A stretch of 63,375 nt of DNA, counting the filler, from Licmophora abbreviata (lineage: Eukaryota): assembly GCA_900291995.1 (NCBI GenBank). It is 8 parts of 8 records of this genome, joined end to end, with 100 filler letters (N's around TTAATTAATTAA, not from the genome) between each part and the next. Parts side by side here need not be neighbours in the genome. Positions count along the whole stretch, not along the records: positions 31,836 to 39,471 come from OLMU01003040.1; positions 39,572 to 49,823 come from OLMU01003041.1; 6 more parts are not named here. One strand, 5' to 3'. Below the pieces are notes generated by a model that searched no databases, was not told where the DNA came from, and saw only the letters and a program-made list of their open reading frames with translations. The number at the start of each line of letters is the position of its first letter. Position 1 is the first letter of the stretch. Positions 33,179 through 44,994 of the stretch are shown here, piece after piece. Both the position numbers and the translations under genes were made by a program.

Positions 33179-35204
33179 CTATCTCCTCCGCGGCTTGGCA
33201 ATCTTGGCATTGAGCCTTTTCTTCTTTGGACTCTGAAGTGGGGGAGGTTTAGAAATCTTGTCTGACTTGGCTTTCTTCTCGCTCAGCTTCGCCGCCTCAC
33301 GTTCCTGGCGACCTGGTCGTTTCCTTCCTCGTCCTGTCTTTCGTTTCGTCTTGGTAGGAGTGTCGTCATCGTCGACGTCGGCACCCAGCTGTTTACTCGT
33401 CTCAACATTTGGCAGGTCGTCCGCGTTCACTCCTTTCTCGGCGGTGTCTTGGGGGCGCCGATCGCTCAGCTTCTGAATCTTGGCAACGTAAAATCCGTCC
33501 ATGTTATGCACGTGCGGATAAAACCTCCTCGTGAGTGCTACAGAGGGATGAAATCTTTTGTGCAAATACCTAGTGAATCCGGGTTGACCTGTCGCAGGCG
33601 TATCAGCGAACGCCACAAGGTGAGTATCAACGACCTGACGGTCCAAAGCTATATCCTCGTCACAAATTCCACTTACCAAAGTCAAGACCTGTATCAACAA
33701 GCTTAATATCGCGTTTGGCCAGGGCATAGTTGACGACCTCCTCGTTTTCCGCGACGCTGACGCTACAGGTAGAGTATACCATTACACCACCAGTCTTGCT
33801 CTTGGGGTTCAACGCGTCAATCGCGGCCAGAAGGAGTTCTTTCTGTAAATGACCACACTTCTGAACGTCCGCCATGGTCCTTTGTACCTTGACGCTGGGA
33901 TCGCGACTGATCACGCCAAGTCCAGAGCAGGGAGCATCCAAAAGAATACGGTCGAATCTGTTGTGAAACACCTTACCAAGCTTCCTCCCATCATGGGCGC
34001 AGGCAATCACGTTGCGGACACCAAGACGGTGCATGTTGGCCACGGTAGCCTTCTGTCGCTCAGGCTTGAGATCATTGGCGACTATAGCACCAGTGTTGCG
34101 CATGAGCTGGGAAATGTACGACGTTTTCCCTCCAGGAGCGGACGACATGTCTAATACTTTTTCGGAGGGTTGAGGCGACAAGGCCATCACAGGGCACATC
34201 GAGGCTGCACTCTGAAGCATGTATTGTCCACTCAGATATTCCGGTGTTGCACCAATAGGAACAGGGCTTTCAACAATCTTGAGCCCAACCTTCGACCACG
34301 GCGCTAGAGGATCCAATGACACCCCTCTCTTCATGAGAGCCGCTGCAAGATCTTTACGACGTGCCTTGAGCGTGTTGGTGCGAACAACCAAGGGCCTGGG
34401 ACGGTCGGAAGCATCCACGAACTCGACAGTCTCCGTTGGTCCAAACATGGAAAGAAAGTATTCGATAAGCTCTGGGAGATAGCCATGGAGTTCAGCTAGG
34501 TCGGATGCGAGTTGATCGACATACTCGCTCCGAGCCCGCCCCGGTTCCCGGCGATTCTTGAAATCGGCGAGCACTTCCAAGATAGCATCAACTCGAGCGC
34601 GTATATCAGATGGAGGCACAACGCGGTTCTCATCAAGTTCAAGCTCTTCGGCTGTTGGCAGATGAAACACCGCCGTGTTCTGGGCGATGGTCCTGCGCAG
34701 TTCCTGCTCGGCCTCTTCTTTCTCTGCCGTCATTTCGATGTCGAGCAAACGGGACTGCTTCTCAACTTCCAGAAGATCCTCATCCTCGTCGCTGTCTTTT
34801 TCATCGAACTCGTCTCCGATACCATCTTCGTCCTCCTCGTCTGAGGACGACATCAACTGAGCTTTCTTGGCTTTCTGCTTGGGTTTCAACCACGAGGCAT
34901 TCTCGTCCGTAAAGAAAGCGCCTTTTCCTTGCTGTTCGTCATCCGAATTATCAGCTTCTTCGCCTTCCACCTCACTTTCGCTGGTCTCCTCAGCACTGGA
35001 CTCCTTACTCCTCAAAGACTGGCGCTTCTTCCCTTTCTCGGCATGACGGACAGGGGTCGGCACATCGTCCTCGCTGGTACTGCCCTCAGATACGGATTCC
35101 TCTGGATCACTACTAATGATTTCTTCCTCTTTCTCAACTTTCTTTCCACGAGATGGCATCTTTCCACGCTTGGAAGCTCCTGAGGAGGACCGCTTTGCCG
35201 TCAT
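33179..35204 (-). CDS. NOP2: 25S rRNA cytosine-C5 methyltransferase Nop2/NSUN1
   Basis: Motifs [68 protein letters not shown]. One intron at ~33589-33677. Confidence 0.93.
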
Positions 35205-35501
35205 GGTGAATCGCAAACGAGGCTTTCGAACCCCGTTTTTGTTGTCTTTTTTGAGAAAGTGAAGGGCGCGCTGAAATCTGTTCGTGGCCCTGAGCTCAAG
35301 ACTCAAAACCGGAATGAGGAATCTGAAATCTGAGAAACTCAGTCTTCTTGCGCCGGTGCGACTGCCTGATTCGACTCACTCGACCCGCACCTCAACTATC
35401 CGACCACACCGGTCGCATCGACGGACACTCTTCAGTTTCAGTATGACAATCGATACTCTCCATTGATAACACTGTATCACCAAGCTTCGCCTTATCAACA
35501 T

Positions 35502-36521
35502 CTATTTCTTTCTACTTAGAAAATGAATCGTCATGTTGTGCTTTCGTCCAAGCTGATCAGTGCGAAAGGACGCATCAAGTTCATCCGCTTGCAGCGGGGG
35601 TACAAGCAGCTCCTCCATGTCTTCATGGAAAAGAGCTAGCAAGTCAGCCGACGCAGGCATGCGCATACGTGTTCCAAACAATACAAGGGTGTGTTCGTCC
35701 ATGAGATTTGCAAGAGTCGATCGCAACGCTTCAAAGTGCGACGGAGCACCCGGTTTGTGCTGATATGCCACATCGCCAATGATGATCAAATCGGGGCGAC
35801 TAGATTCTCCTGGTGACGGATCACATGAGGCCCGGTTACGGCCTTTCACAGCGCGTGTACAGTTCTTTTGAGCTGCCGGCAGCATGCGCTGCAGAGCCAA
35901 GAGTGTCGCTTGTTCCTGTACTTGGTTCCCCCAGCACAGCGGTAGAGCCGCAACACGGCCACCGGATCTCATGACACGATATCCACACGATTTGTTCGGT
36001 CCCAGCCCTGCATTGAGTTCTAAGTTGGGTCGAGTTACCTGATCAATCACAATGTCCAAGTCCGTTAAGACAGTGGCACGAGCACCCAGAGCCGAAGCCA
36101 CAAGACCAGTCAGTCCAACACCGCAACCCAACTCCAAGACACTCATTTCCTTCCAATTGAAATCTGGAATACTTTGCGCGATTCTTGGAGGTGTGAAACT
36201 TTCGCCGACATTGCTCTTCAGCGACGCGCCTCGCGTCCGCAATACCAGCACCTGAGAAAGTAAGACTCCAAGATCCCACAACGCCCCACCAGGCCACGTG
36301 TCCTCTTCGGGGGTCTGGCCAACGGTAATGGAAGTCCTTGAGCCAAATCTTTGAAACTCGAACGTAAACGTTTTTGTTGCGTCCGTAATGAGGTGGTTTC
36401 TGGGTCGATTGGCAGTCTCCGCCGACTGTGAGGATGACGATGACGACGACGACTTCTTGGTGTTGTGCTGCTTCGACTTGTTCACCAGTGAGCTCTGATG
36501 GGCTCCTCTACGACGCGCCAT
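35502..36521 (-). CDS. Seven-beta-strand protein-lysine methyltransferase (METTL21/Methyltransf_16 family)
   Basis: Motifs GGALWD, VLELGCGVGLTG, VLTDL, LCWG, LIIIGDVAY. Confidence 0.82.
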   Translation of the reverse strand: MARRRGAHQSSLVNKSKQHNTKKSSSSSSSSQSAETANRPRNHLITDATKTFTFEFQRFGSRTSITVGQTPEEDTWPGGALWDLGVLLSQVLVLRTRGASLKSNVGESFTPPRIAQSIPDFNWKEMSVLELGCGVGLTGLVASALGARATVLTDLDIVIDQVTRPNLELNAGLGPNKSCGYRVMRSGGRVAALPLCWGNQVQEQATLLALQRMLPAAQKNCTRAVKGRNRASCDPSPGESSRPDLIIIGDVAYQHKPGAPSHFEALRSTLANLMDEHTLVLFGTRMRMPASADLLALFHEDMEELLVPPLQADELDASFRTDQLGRKHNMTIHFLSRKK

Positions 36522-36925
36522 GCTTAGTCCTCGCACTCTTTCATCATCCAAGGTAGTCTAACGGACATAGGGGAATGTATTTCAGCCAAGTTTTCAGCCA
36601 TCATCCTGCGTCCGCGCCGACGGCATCATTCTCATGGTTGCGGTGATGTCTGATGATGTTTCTTTCAAACACATTCCAAAGCTATGGGCTGTAGAACTTG
36701 TACTTAATCTGTGTATGTTCATCCTATACTGAGCTCTACGTAGAGGAGAACGTATCTTTTTCTGGTGACAGACAGACCGTGACTCTTCACGCTCCCACGA
36801 CCAGATCTTCCTGTGCGTAGAATTCTAGATGGTTTGTGTACTGGAATTCCGAATCTTGAGTTCGCAAAACGAGAGACTTCGCTCGATCTTCACACTTTTT
36901 CTTTCGTTCAGCGACGACCACGACC

Positions 36926-39131
36926 ATGAAGATTGAACTATCGATTCATGCCAGCAAGCTGCGCAACGTGGCCGGAATCGGCAAGGGCAAATCGGATCCC
37001 TTTGCTGTGGTGACACAGATTGCAACGACGCCTGGAACCAAACCGCATGTTTTGGGAAAGACCGAAATGTAAGTTGGTCATGAATAATACGAGTGGTCTA
37101 CTAATCCAGTCCAGTCCTGTCCTGTCCCGTCTCTTGTTTGCAACACACTGCCGCACTCCTCTGTTCTATGAAGAGAGATCGTTTCTCATCGCGGTATCCT
37201 CTTGTTTCGTCGTTCACTTTCAGGATCAAAAACACGCTTTCTCCCAACTGGACAAAGGTCTTTCTCTTTGACTATGAACTTGGAACGCCCATGAAAATTG
37301 CCATTGCTGTCTTTGACGAAGTCCGCAAGAGCGACAACAAGAGTATGGGAAGTGCCTTGTTTGACGTCGGCGAAATTCTGGGAGCTCGGGGAAATGTCAA
37401 AGCCAAGAAACTCAGGAACGGTGGAACGTAAGTGGCATCAAGCTGGATTGGGTGGGGCGCGTGTGTATAGATGTTTCATACAACGGCATGCACCTAACCT
37501 TCTGCTATTTCTTTCTGTCAGACTCTTTGCTCATGTTCGCAAGAGTACTGGGTCGGGAGTGCTTCGCTTGCAGATGAAGGCAGAAAAACTTGCCAATACT
37601 GAAGGCTTCATGCGCAAGTCTGATCCCTTCTTTGAGCTTTCTCGACAAATCAACAGTGCCGGTGGCGCCACCTGGTAAGTGGATTATTGGGGAGAAGGCG
37701 AGACGACACGACAGGAGACATTGGACTTAATATCACGACTCACGTTCCTGCTCGTATCTTTCATGCCACAGGGACAATGTGTATCGCTCCAATGTTGTCA
37801 AAAACAACTTGAATCCGCACTGGGACGAGGCCACGGTTGAGTTGAGTGTCTTGTGCGGTGGAGCTCTTGACGATCCCATTATGGTGTCGGTATTCGACCA
37901 CGAGGGAAAGGGAAAGCATGTCTTGATGGGACAGTTTCAAACGACTGTCAATGGACTAGTGAATATGAGTGGTGGGGGCAGCACTGTGGATCTGAAAATC
38001 AAAGGAAAGAATACAGGCTCCATCATTGTGCAGAAGGCTACCATTTCGGGAGCCAGTTCGTCTGGCGCCGACGTGTCGGCGCCCATGGCCAAGTTGTCCG
38101 TATCGGCTCCCGCACCGGCCACGGCCGCACCATTCGTCCCATCAGCGGCTCCCACCCCGAAAGCATCCTTTGTCGATTTCATCAGTGGCGGCTGTGAGCT
38201 GAACATGTGCGTTGCAATTGACTTTACTGGATCCAATGGTGAGTGCGACGAAGAAGAGAAAGTCCAACTAGGTCGTAAATGCGGAGGCGGGGCTCGCATT
38301 CTAGGCGCCGGTACACTTACCATATGCTTTTCGCTTCGTCAAACGATAGGAGACCCACGACAGCCGGGAACGCTGCATCACTTTCACTCTGACGGATCAA
38401 AGAATGACTACGAAAAGGCCATTTCGGCGATTGTAGGCATTCTCGAGAAGTACGATACCGACCAGCAGTTCCCAGTGTATGGGTTCGGGGCAAAGTATGG
38501 CGGCGTTGTACGTCACTGCTTTCAGTGTGGCGCCAAAGCGGAAGTTCACGGTGTGGATGGCGTGCTCGACGCGTACCACAAGACGTTTGAGTCGGGACTC
38601 ATCATGAGCGGCCCCACTGTCTTCACGGAAATCATCGAAACGGCGGCGGCAAAAGCTGTCAGCAGTCAAGAGGAGGCGAAACGCAGTGGCCGCCAGTCCT
38701 ACACCGTACTGTTGATTCTGACGGATGGTGCTGTGACAGATGTGCAGGAAACCGCCACTGTGATTGATAAAGTCAGCCATGCTCCTTTGTCGATCGTCAT
38801 CGTAGGCGTTGGAAAGGCGGATTTCAGCGCCATGCACTTTCTGGACAACGCAAACGCACCGGGTAAACGAGACATTGCCCAGTTTGTTGAATTCAACAAA
38901 CACTGCGGTAATCCGATCGAACTCACATCGACAACGCTACATGAAATCCCAGATCAACTGGTGGAATACTTCGCGAAGGAAGGCATTGAGCCTCTCCCTC
39001 CCGTTCAGAAGGCCGACGACGAGATTGTTGTGGAGACACAAGAGGAGGAGATCGACCTGTCGCTCAACTTTGGGGAAGATGAAGAGATCGTTATCACGGG
39101 AGGTGGAACACTGTTCAGAAATGCGTTTTAG
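36926..39131 (+). CDS. Copine (C2-C2-vWA), copy 1
   Basis: Introns 37069-37223, 37428-37521, 37675-37771, 38239-38349. Motifs SDPF, KNTLSPNW, AIDFTGSNGDP, YGFGAK, LLILTDG, SIVIVGVG, RDIAQFV. Confidence 0.92.
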
Positions 39132-39471
39132 AGGAGCGTCCGGTTGAGTGGGTGCTACCTGTACGAGGAACACATTCCACGCCCACGTAGGTCCCCTATC
39201 CTTTAGTTTAGTGCTTGTACTTTTTGTTGACTCGACCGTGTTTTCAAGAATTCACTCCGTACACTTGAAACGTTGGTTACAATGTTCTTGCGCACATTGG
39301 CTCCCTGGGTGAGCAGGCGATGGAAGCGAAAGGCTTGGCTAGCCTAGACTTCCACTGCGTCCGAAAGCTTTTCCATCATATCGACACTGTCAGCACATGC
39401 GTAAAGCCGCACCCAGCAATCGTAGCCCTTTTCCTCGAAGCTGCTTTCGTAGTTGAGCAAGTTGCATCACA

Positions 39472-39571
39472 NNNNNNNNNNNNNNNNNNNNNNNNNNNNN
39501 NNNNNNNNNNNNNNNTTAATTAATTAANNNNNNNNNNNNNNNNNNNNNNNNNNNNNNNNNNNNNNNNNNNN
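39472..39571. other. Artificial contig spacer
   Basis: 44N-TTAATTAATTAA-44N. Confidence 0.98.
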
Positions 39572-40310
39572 TGCGAGTCAGCTGCAGCAAGTCCTTCTGA
39601 CTCTCTGTACCCCCCGACACCAGATCTTGGAATTCATCAAAAATGACACGGCGCCAAGGACGGTCGGGAATGTGCAATGATCCAGTATGGATCCACCCAT
39701 CGTAGCTGCAAGGGCCCTGGGGAGACTTGACACAAAATAAGCTGCGTTGCGATAGACTTCCAAGTCGGATTTGGAAACCGTGAGTTGAGAACCTTTTTTT
39801 GATTGGTAGACACGACGGAAGATGTACCAGACCTTTTTTTTCGTTGAGAACAGCGTTGACGTCGACAAGTACTATACGGCGATTGTTGGAAGGGGGAGAG
39901 TTTCTAACTTTTGCTTTGTATTCGGCCTTGCCGACGACAAGCTTCAATGGAGTCGCCTGCAAACTTTTTGATTTCGACGTGCCACTTAGGAATCAAGTTA
40001 TCAGGAGCGACGACGAACGTGTCACCTCCATTCTCTTTCTGACCGCTGAGGACGAGTCCAATACACGCATCAGTCTTGCCGGTACCGACTTGATCGGCCA
40101 AGACGTCACCGCGGCTCTTGTACTCGAACTGCTCGCCAAAGTCGCCCGACAGGCTCCCGTCCAGTTCAATCAAGAGGCATCGGTGCAATGCGCGAAGGTG
40201 CTTGAAGAGAGGCAGACGGGAGGCCTGGGGGCTGTGCCGCCTCAGGGGACGTTTGAGGCAGGATGGGGATCTTGAGCATATCCATTGGGCTGGAAGTTGA
40301 GACCTTCATG
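39572..40310 (-). pseudogene. Frameshifted SNF2-family (RAD5/HLTF-like) helicase fragment
   Basis: Q-motif-like AAQPPGL/RLPLFKHLRALHRC, motif I GDVLADQVGTGKT, Ia TFVVAPDNLIPKW, motif II WRRVIFDEFQDL. The motifs are spread over different reading frames. Confidence 0.7.
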
Positions 40311-40598
40311 GTGGATACGCATTGATGAGGATGAAACTGGACAACTGCAATGCTTTCGCGTTTGCAATTCGAAGTTTTGGTTTTCAGTTTTCGGTCTTTG
40401 CATTTTTCTGGCGCGTCCCGATCCCGGATTGATTCGTGAAACGTACGCAGGACAGACGTGAGATCTTGTGTGAAAGAATTCAATCTTGGATGGCCCGCAT
40501 CGTCGTTGACCATGATGAGAACACAAAATAAGCAAACAAGAACGCAAACTTCAACCAACGCAAGCGTTCCACGCAAACGACTAGTCCATCCCTTCACA

Positions 40599-42811
40599 AT
40601 GAAATTAGAACTCTCCCTACATGCCAGCAAACTCAAGAATGTAGCTGGTAAGAACGGCCGAACTAGTCGAACTGGATTCATCGAGCGTTGAGCGTTGAGC
40701 GTTTGACTTCCGAGTTTCGCCATATACATTTATTTGCTCACCAATCTTGACCTTTTTTAATCGTGACGCCCTACTAGGTACCTTCAAAGGAACATCAGAC
40801 CCCTATGCTGTCGTAACTTTGATTGCAAATAAGCCAGGCGTAAAGCCACATGTCCTTGGAAAGACCGAAGTGTAAGTATCTTTTGTGTTGCTGCCATGAC
40901 GAACGAATCGTACGAAATGAACCCCGAACCAATTTCATGCTCACCATCGCCTTCCCCTTTCCCATTTTGACACACATAGCATCAAGAATAGTCTTTCTCC
41001 AAAATGGGTCAAGATCTTTTCTGTAGAGTACGAGCTTGGGACGCCCTTGACTGTTGCTGTTGCCATTTTCGATGAAGTTCGCAAAGGTGAAAACAAGAGC
41101 ATGGGCAGCACGACGTTTGACATTGGAAATCTTCTCGGTTCTCGTGGCAACATGAGGGCCAAGAAGCTCAAAAAAGGCGGAACGTGAGTTGCCAGACTGA
41201 TGGCTTGTCGTAATACTTTAGTCTCTCCCCGGTGCATGATGAACTCACACGCTCGTTTTCTAATTGCGTATACGAACGATCAAACTCATCAGTGTATTTG
41301 CTCACGTGACGAAGAGTAAGGGATCGGGTATCATACGACTCAACATGAAAGGGATCAAGCTCAAGAATACCGAGGGATTCTTGCGCAAGTCGGATCCGTT
41401 CTTCGAACTGTCGAAAAAGGCCGATGTGGCCGGTGGGCTCACGTGGGACAATGTCTTTCGCTCCGAGACGATCAAGAACAATCTGAATCCGCATTGGAAA
41501 GATGCCGTGATGGAATTGAGTACTTTATGCGATGGCGATCTGGACAAGCCCATCCAGGTTTCCGTGTATGACTATGAAAGCTCGGGGAAGCATGTCTTGA
41601 TGGGTCACTTTGAGAGTACCGTCAATGGTATGAAACGAGCGGCCGCGGGTGGTTCAGACTTTGCCTTGACGCGAAAGGGAAAGGAAACCGGAAGAATCGT
41701 AATTGTAAAAGCGGAAGTGGCTGGTTTGGAGGAGGCTACCACCCAAATGGCGAGAATGGCAGTCTCTACTACTGCACCTGCTCCGGCAGCCTATGTGCCG
41801 GGCGTTCCAGCAGCTGCCGCATCAGCATTTGTGCCTTCGGTGGGCCAGCCCAGCTTTATCGACTACATCAGTGGAGGGTGTGAGCTGCAGGTAACAGTTG
41901 CGATTGACTTCACGGGATCGAATGGTGAGAAGGTTTGATGTCGTCCAAGTGAAGAGCACGTTGCTTATAGTTGTGATATATGACTGCTGACCGCGACGCA
42001 TGTCGACCACTCATCTCACGATTGTAACACAGGCGATCCACGAGTACCTAGCACACTTCACTACCTCCACAAAGATGGTTCCAAGAACGACTATGAAAAG
42101 GCCATCTCGGCGATTGTTGGTATTCTGGAAAAGTACGACACGGACAAAAAGTTCCCAGTTCTCGGATTCGGCGCAAAGTATGGCGGAGTTGTGCGCCATG
42201 CATTTCAGTGCGGACCAACAGAAGAGGTGAATAGCGTCGAGGGTGTACTGAATGCGTACCATCAATCATTCAGGTCGGGGTTGATTATGAGCGGCCCGAC
42301 GGTATTCACCGAAGTCATTCAGATGACGGCAGCACGTGCCTTGAGCGCACAGGAGGCGGCGACAAAAAAGGGAGAGCAGTGCTATACAATTCTACTTATC
42401 CTCACGGACGGCGCAGTGAGCGACGTGAATGCAACGGCGGCGGTCCTTGATCAGGTGAGCGATACGCCCATGTCGGTAGTCATTGTTGGTGTCGGAAACG
42501 CGGATTTCAGCGCCATGCAGTTCTTGGACGATGCGAGCAAGCCAGGAAAGCGAGATATTGCCCAGTTTGTGGAATTCAACAAGCATCACACCTGCAGCGT
42601 AGATCTATCGTCAGCGACGCTCCAAGAAATACCGGAACAGTTGGTGGGCTACTTTACGAGTCACAACGTGCAGCCGCTGCCGCCGATCGAGACGACCGAT
42701 CAAGAGATTGTGGTAGCACCCGAGGAGGACGAGATTGACCTTTCGCTGGACTTTGGTGCCGACGGCGAGATTCATGTCGCTTCTGGGGGCGAATTTCGTG
42801 GCGGGTTCTAG
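40599..42811 (+). CDS. Copine (C2-C2-vWA), copy 2
   Basis: Approximate exons 40599-40647, 40779-40872, 40980-41183, 41293-41925, 42034-42811. Same motifs as copy 1. Confidence 0.9.
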
Positions 42812-43737
42812 TAGACCATCGCGGGGCCGTGGCATCGTGCATTATTTGTGTCGTGTATCGTCGAATTGGGTATTTCGTCGTAATGAATAGTATGAATATT
42901 GATTCTGTTCCTTGCTCATTCCTTTAGACATGTATTACAGTAGCTGCAAATCCTTCGTTGCGTCCCTGCGAAAACCAAAAAGAAACAGAGAGATCACGTC
43001 TGGTTGAGTCTAGAGGGAAACGCCGTTGCTGTCACATCATCACTCCATCGTGCTTGGGTTGCGAGTCATACTCTTCCTATCAAAACACAAGTTCATCATC
43101 CACAATCGATGCATCCCTTAGCAGTCGCAGGACTTTTCCTCAACGCTGGGGGACGCCATCGGCCATGCCGTACACTTCAGAGGCATTTTGCCACGAATCT
43201 ATACATGACATGGTCGCCGCCACCCAAAGAGTGGCGTCGATTGATGTAAAGTTGTAAGTGTGTTCCTTGGTCTAATCATTCTCTCGCAGTTGGCAAAAAG
43301 GATCAAGGCACCGTGAACATACCGAGAAAAGGGAGGAATGGGAACACAAAGCCACGTCGGCGAGATCAATGGCCATCAATTTTTTCCCCATAAAAGTTTG
43401 GGAATCGAATGTTTGGACGCTATACGTAGGACTCGTACCGAAATTTGCATAGTAAATAGGCCGCCGAGATCAATTTCGAAAGCACTTTCGTTCACACAGC
43501 CAACACACCAGGATCATCACTCAGCTGAATCACATCGACAACGGCAACGACGGCTCTCGCCGTTCAGCAGTGAATGCTGTTGTGCGGAGAGACTAGAATT
43601 GTACCACTGGAATGGCTGCCTACTACGAATATAGACCGAATCAAGTTAAGATTTGCAACTTTCATACCTTCGACCTACTTGTACGAGAATAGGTCTTGTG
43701 CACCGAGTCTGAATCATCTGCACAATTAATTTCCTTT

Positions 43738-44292
43738 CTAGCGCTTCACAAGCATAGCAGCGGCCACCTCGTCGGCCTTTTCCTTGGAGAAGAGCTGCTC
43801 TCCGAGCATCAAGGCGAACTTGATACTCGTTCCAGGACCTTGGCTTGTCGTCAGGTTTCCAGTCACAACAACTTCGTCATCCTTGGGATCCGTCAGCTTC
43901 TCGCGGAAGCCAGGAGCAGGGTAGCACGTGGAACCGTCTTCGATGAGTCCCTTGGACGCCAAGACGACCGCCGGCGCCGCGCAGACGGCGCCGTACATCT
44001 TTCCGTCTTTCTTCTGATCCTCCAGCAATGAGATCAGAGGTTCGCAATCCCGCAAGTGCTCCGCTCCCGGCATGCCTCCTGGAAGCACTACGAGATCCCA
44101 GGATTCTTTCGCAGCGTCGGCGATGCTCACATCCGCCATGACCTTGATGCCACGGCTCATCTTGCAAACCAAATCTGGCATGACGGAAGCGACGACGACC
44201 TCTGCGCCGCATCGCGTCAACGTGTCCGTGAGGCACGTCGTTTCGATCTCTTCGCTGCCATCGCCGATAGGGACGAGAACGCGCTTAGACAT
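43738..44292 (-). CDS. DJ-1/PfpI (ThiJ/YajL) family glyoxalase/deglycase
   Basis: Motifs KRVLVPIGDGSEEIE, LPGGMPGAEHL, AVCAAP (catalytic Cys), TSQGPGT. A possible longer presequence starts at 44461 (see findings). Confidence 0.92.
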   Translation of the reverse strand: MSKRVLVPIGDGSEEIETTCLTDTLTRCGAEVVVASVMPDLVCKMSRGIKVMADVSIADAAKESWDLVVLPGGMPGAEHLRDCEPLISLLEDQKKDGKMYGAVCAAPAVVLASKGLIEDGSTCYPAPGFREKLTDPKDDEVVVTGNLTTSQGPGTSIKFALMLGEQLFSKEKADEVAAAMLVKR

Positions 44293-44368
44293 ACTCACAG
44301 AAGTGGAGGAGGCTCGAAGGGACTGATGACGAGAATGAAACGTTACGAACGCCGCGGATGGTTTCGTC

Positions 44369-44386
44369 GAGAGAGAGAGAGAGAGA
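44369..44386. repeat. (GA)9/(TC)9 microsatellite in the DJ-1 5' extension
   Basis: Nine units counted directly. Confidence 0.9.
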
Positions 44387-44994
44387 TGCGTTTGCGTGAC
44401 GACTGAGAAGGGCAAGGGCGACCAATGTAGTTCTGCGTTGAGGTAGGATTAAACGAACCATCCAACGATAAGCGAAAGGAGAGTGTCAAGCGGGATCGAG
44501 CGAAGCAAAGATACAAAGATACGCCCTGCGCCATGCCCGTCAGCAAAAGACTATCACAGAGAAGCGAGACCCGAAAGACGGCGCGGAACGCGAATCGACG
44601 TGCACCGCGGCGCTCGGTGCCATAATAGCTCGAAACAGCATGAAAAGCTCGATTCGCATATTCAAAATCGATTTGCCGCTCGGCATGTGTATGGCTGTAC
44701 CGATAATATAGACGGAAGTCGAATCGATAGCATCGTGGTTTCCATCATCACAGCTACTCTTGGTTGTAACCTGCAATAAGAATTGTGCAAGGAGCGCTTG
44801 GGTTCAAGCCCAAAATGCTGAGCCGCACGAAAGCAGAGAAATTGACAGCTGCACCGAAGGAACACACAGAAGCCTTTTCGCATTTTCCTGAGCCCGTCGT
44901 CTACTCTAATTATATATAGTTTCAAGTTGAATTCTATTGAATACCATTATTCTATCCAACAAGAAAGACCGCCGTCCCCGTTGCGGAGGAAAAT

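Noticed and set aside
40683..40703. (GAGCGTT)x3 tandem repeat
   Set aside because: Short intronic repeat in copine 2; no spacers and no evidence of function.
42850..43700. Possible gene between copine 2 and DJ-1
   Set aside because: Only short ORFs without motifs or a consistent splice structure.
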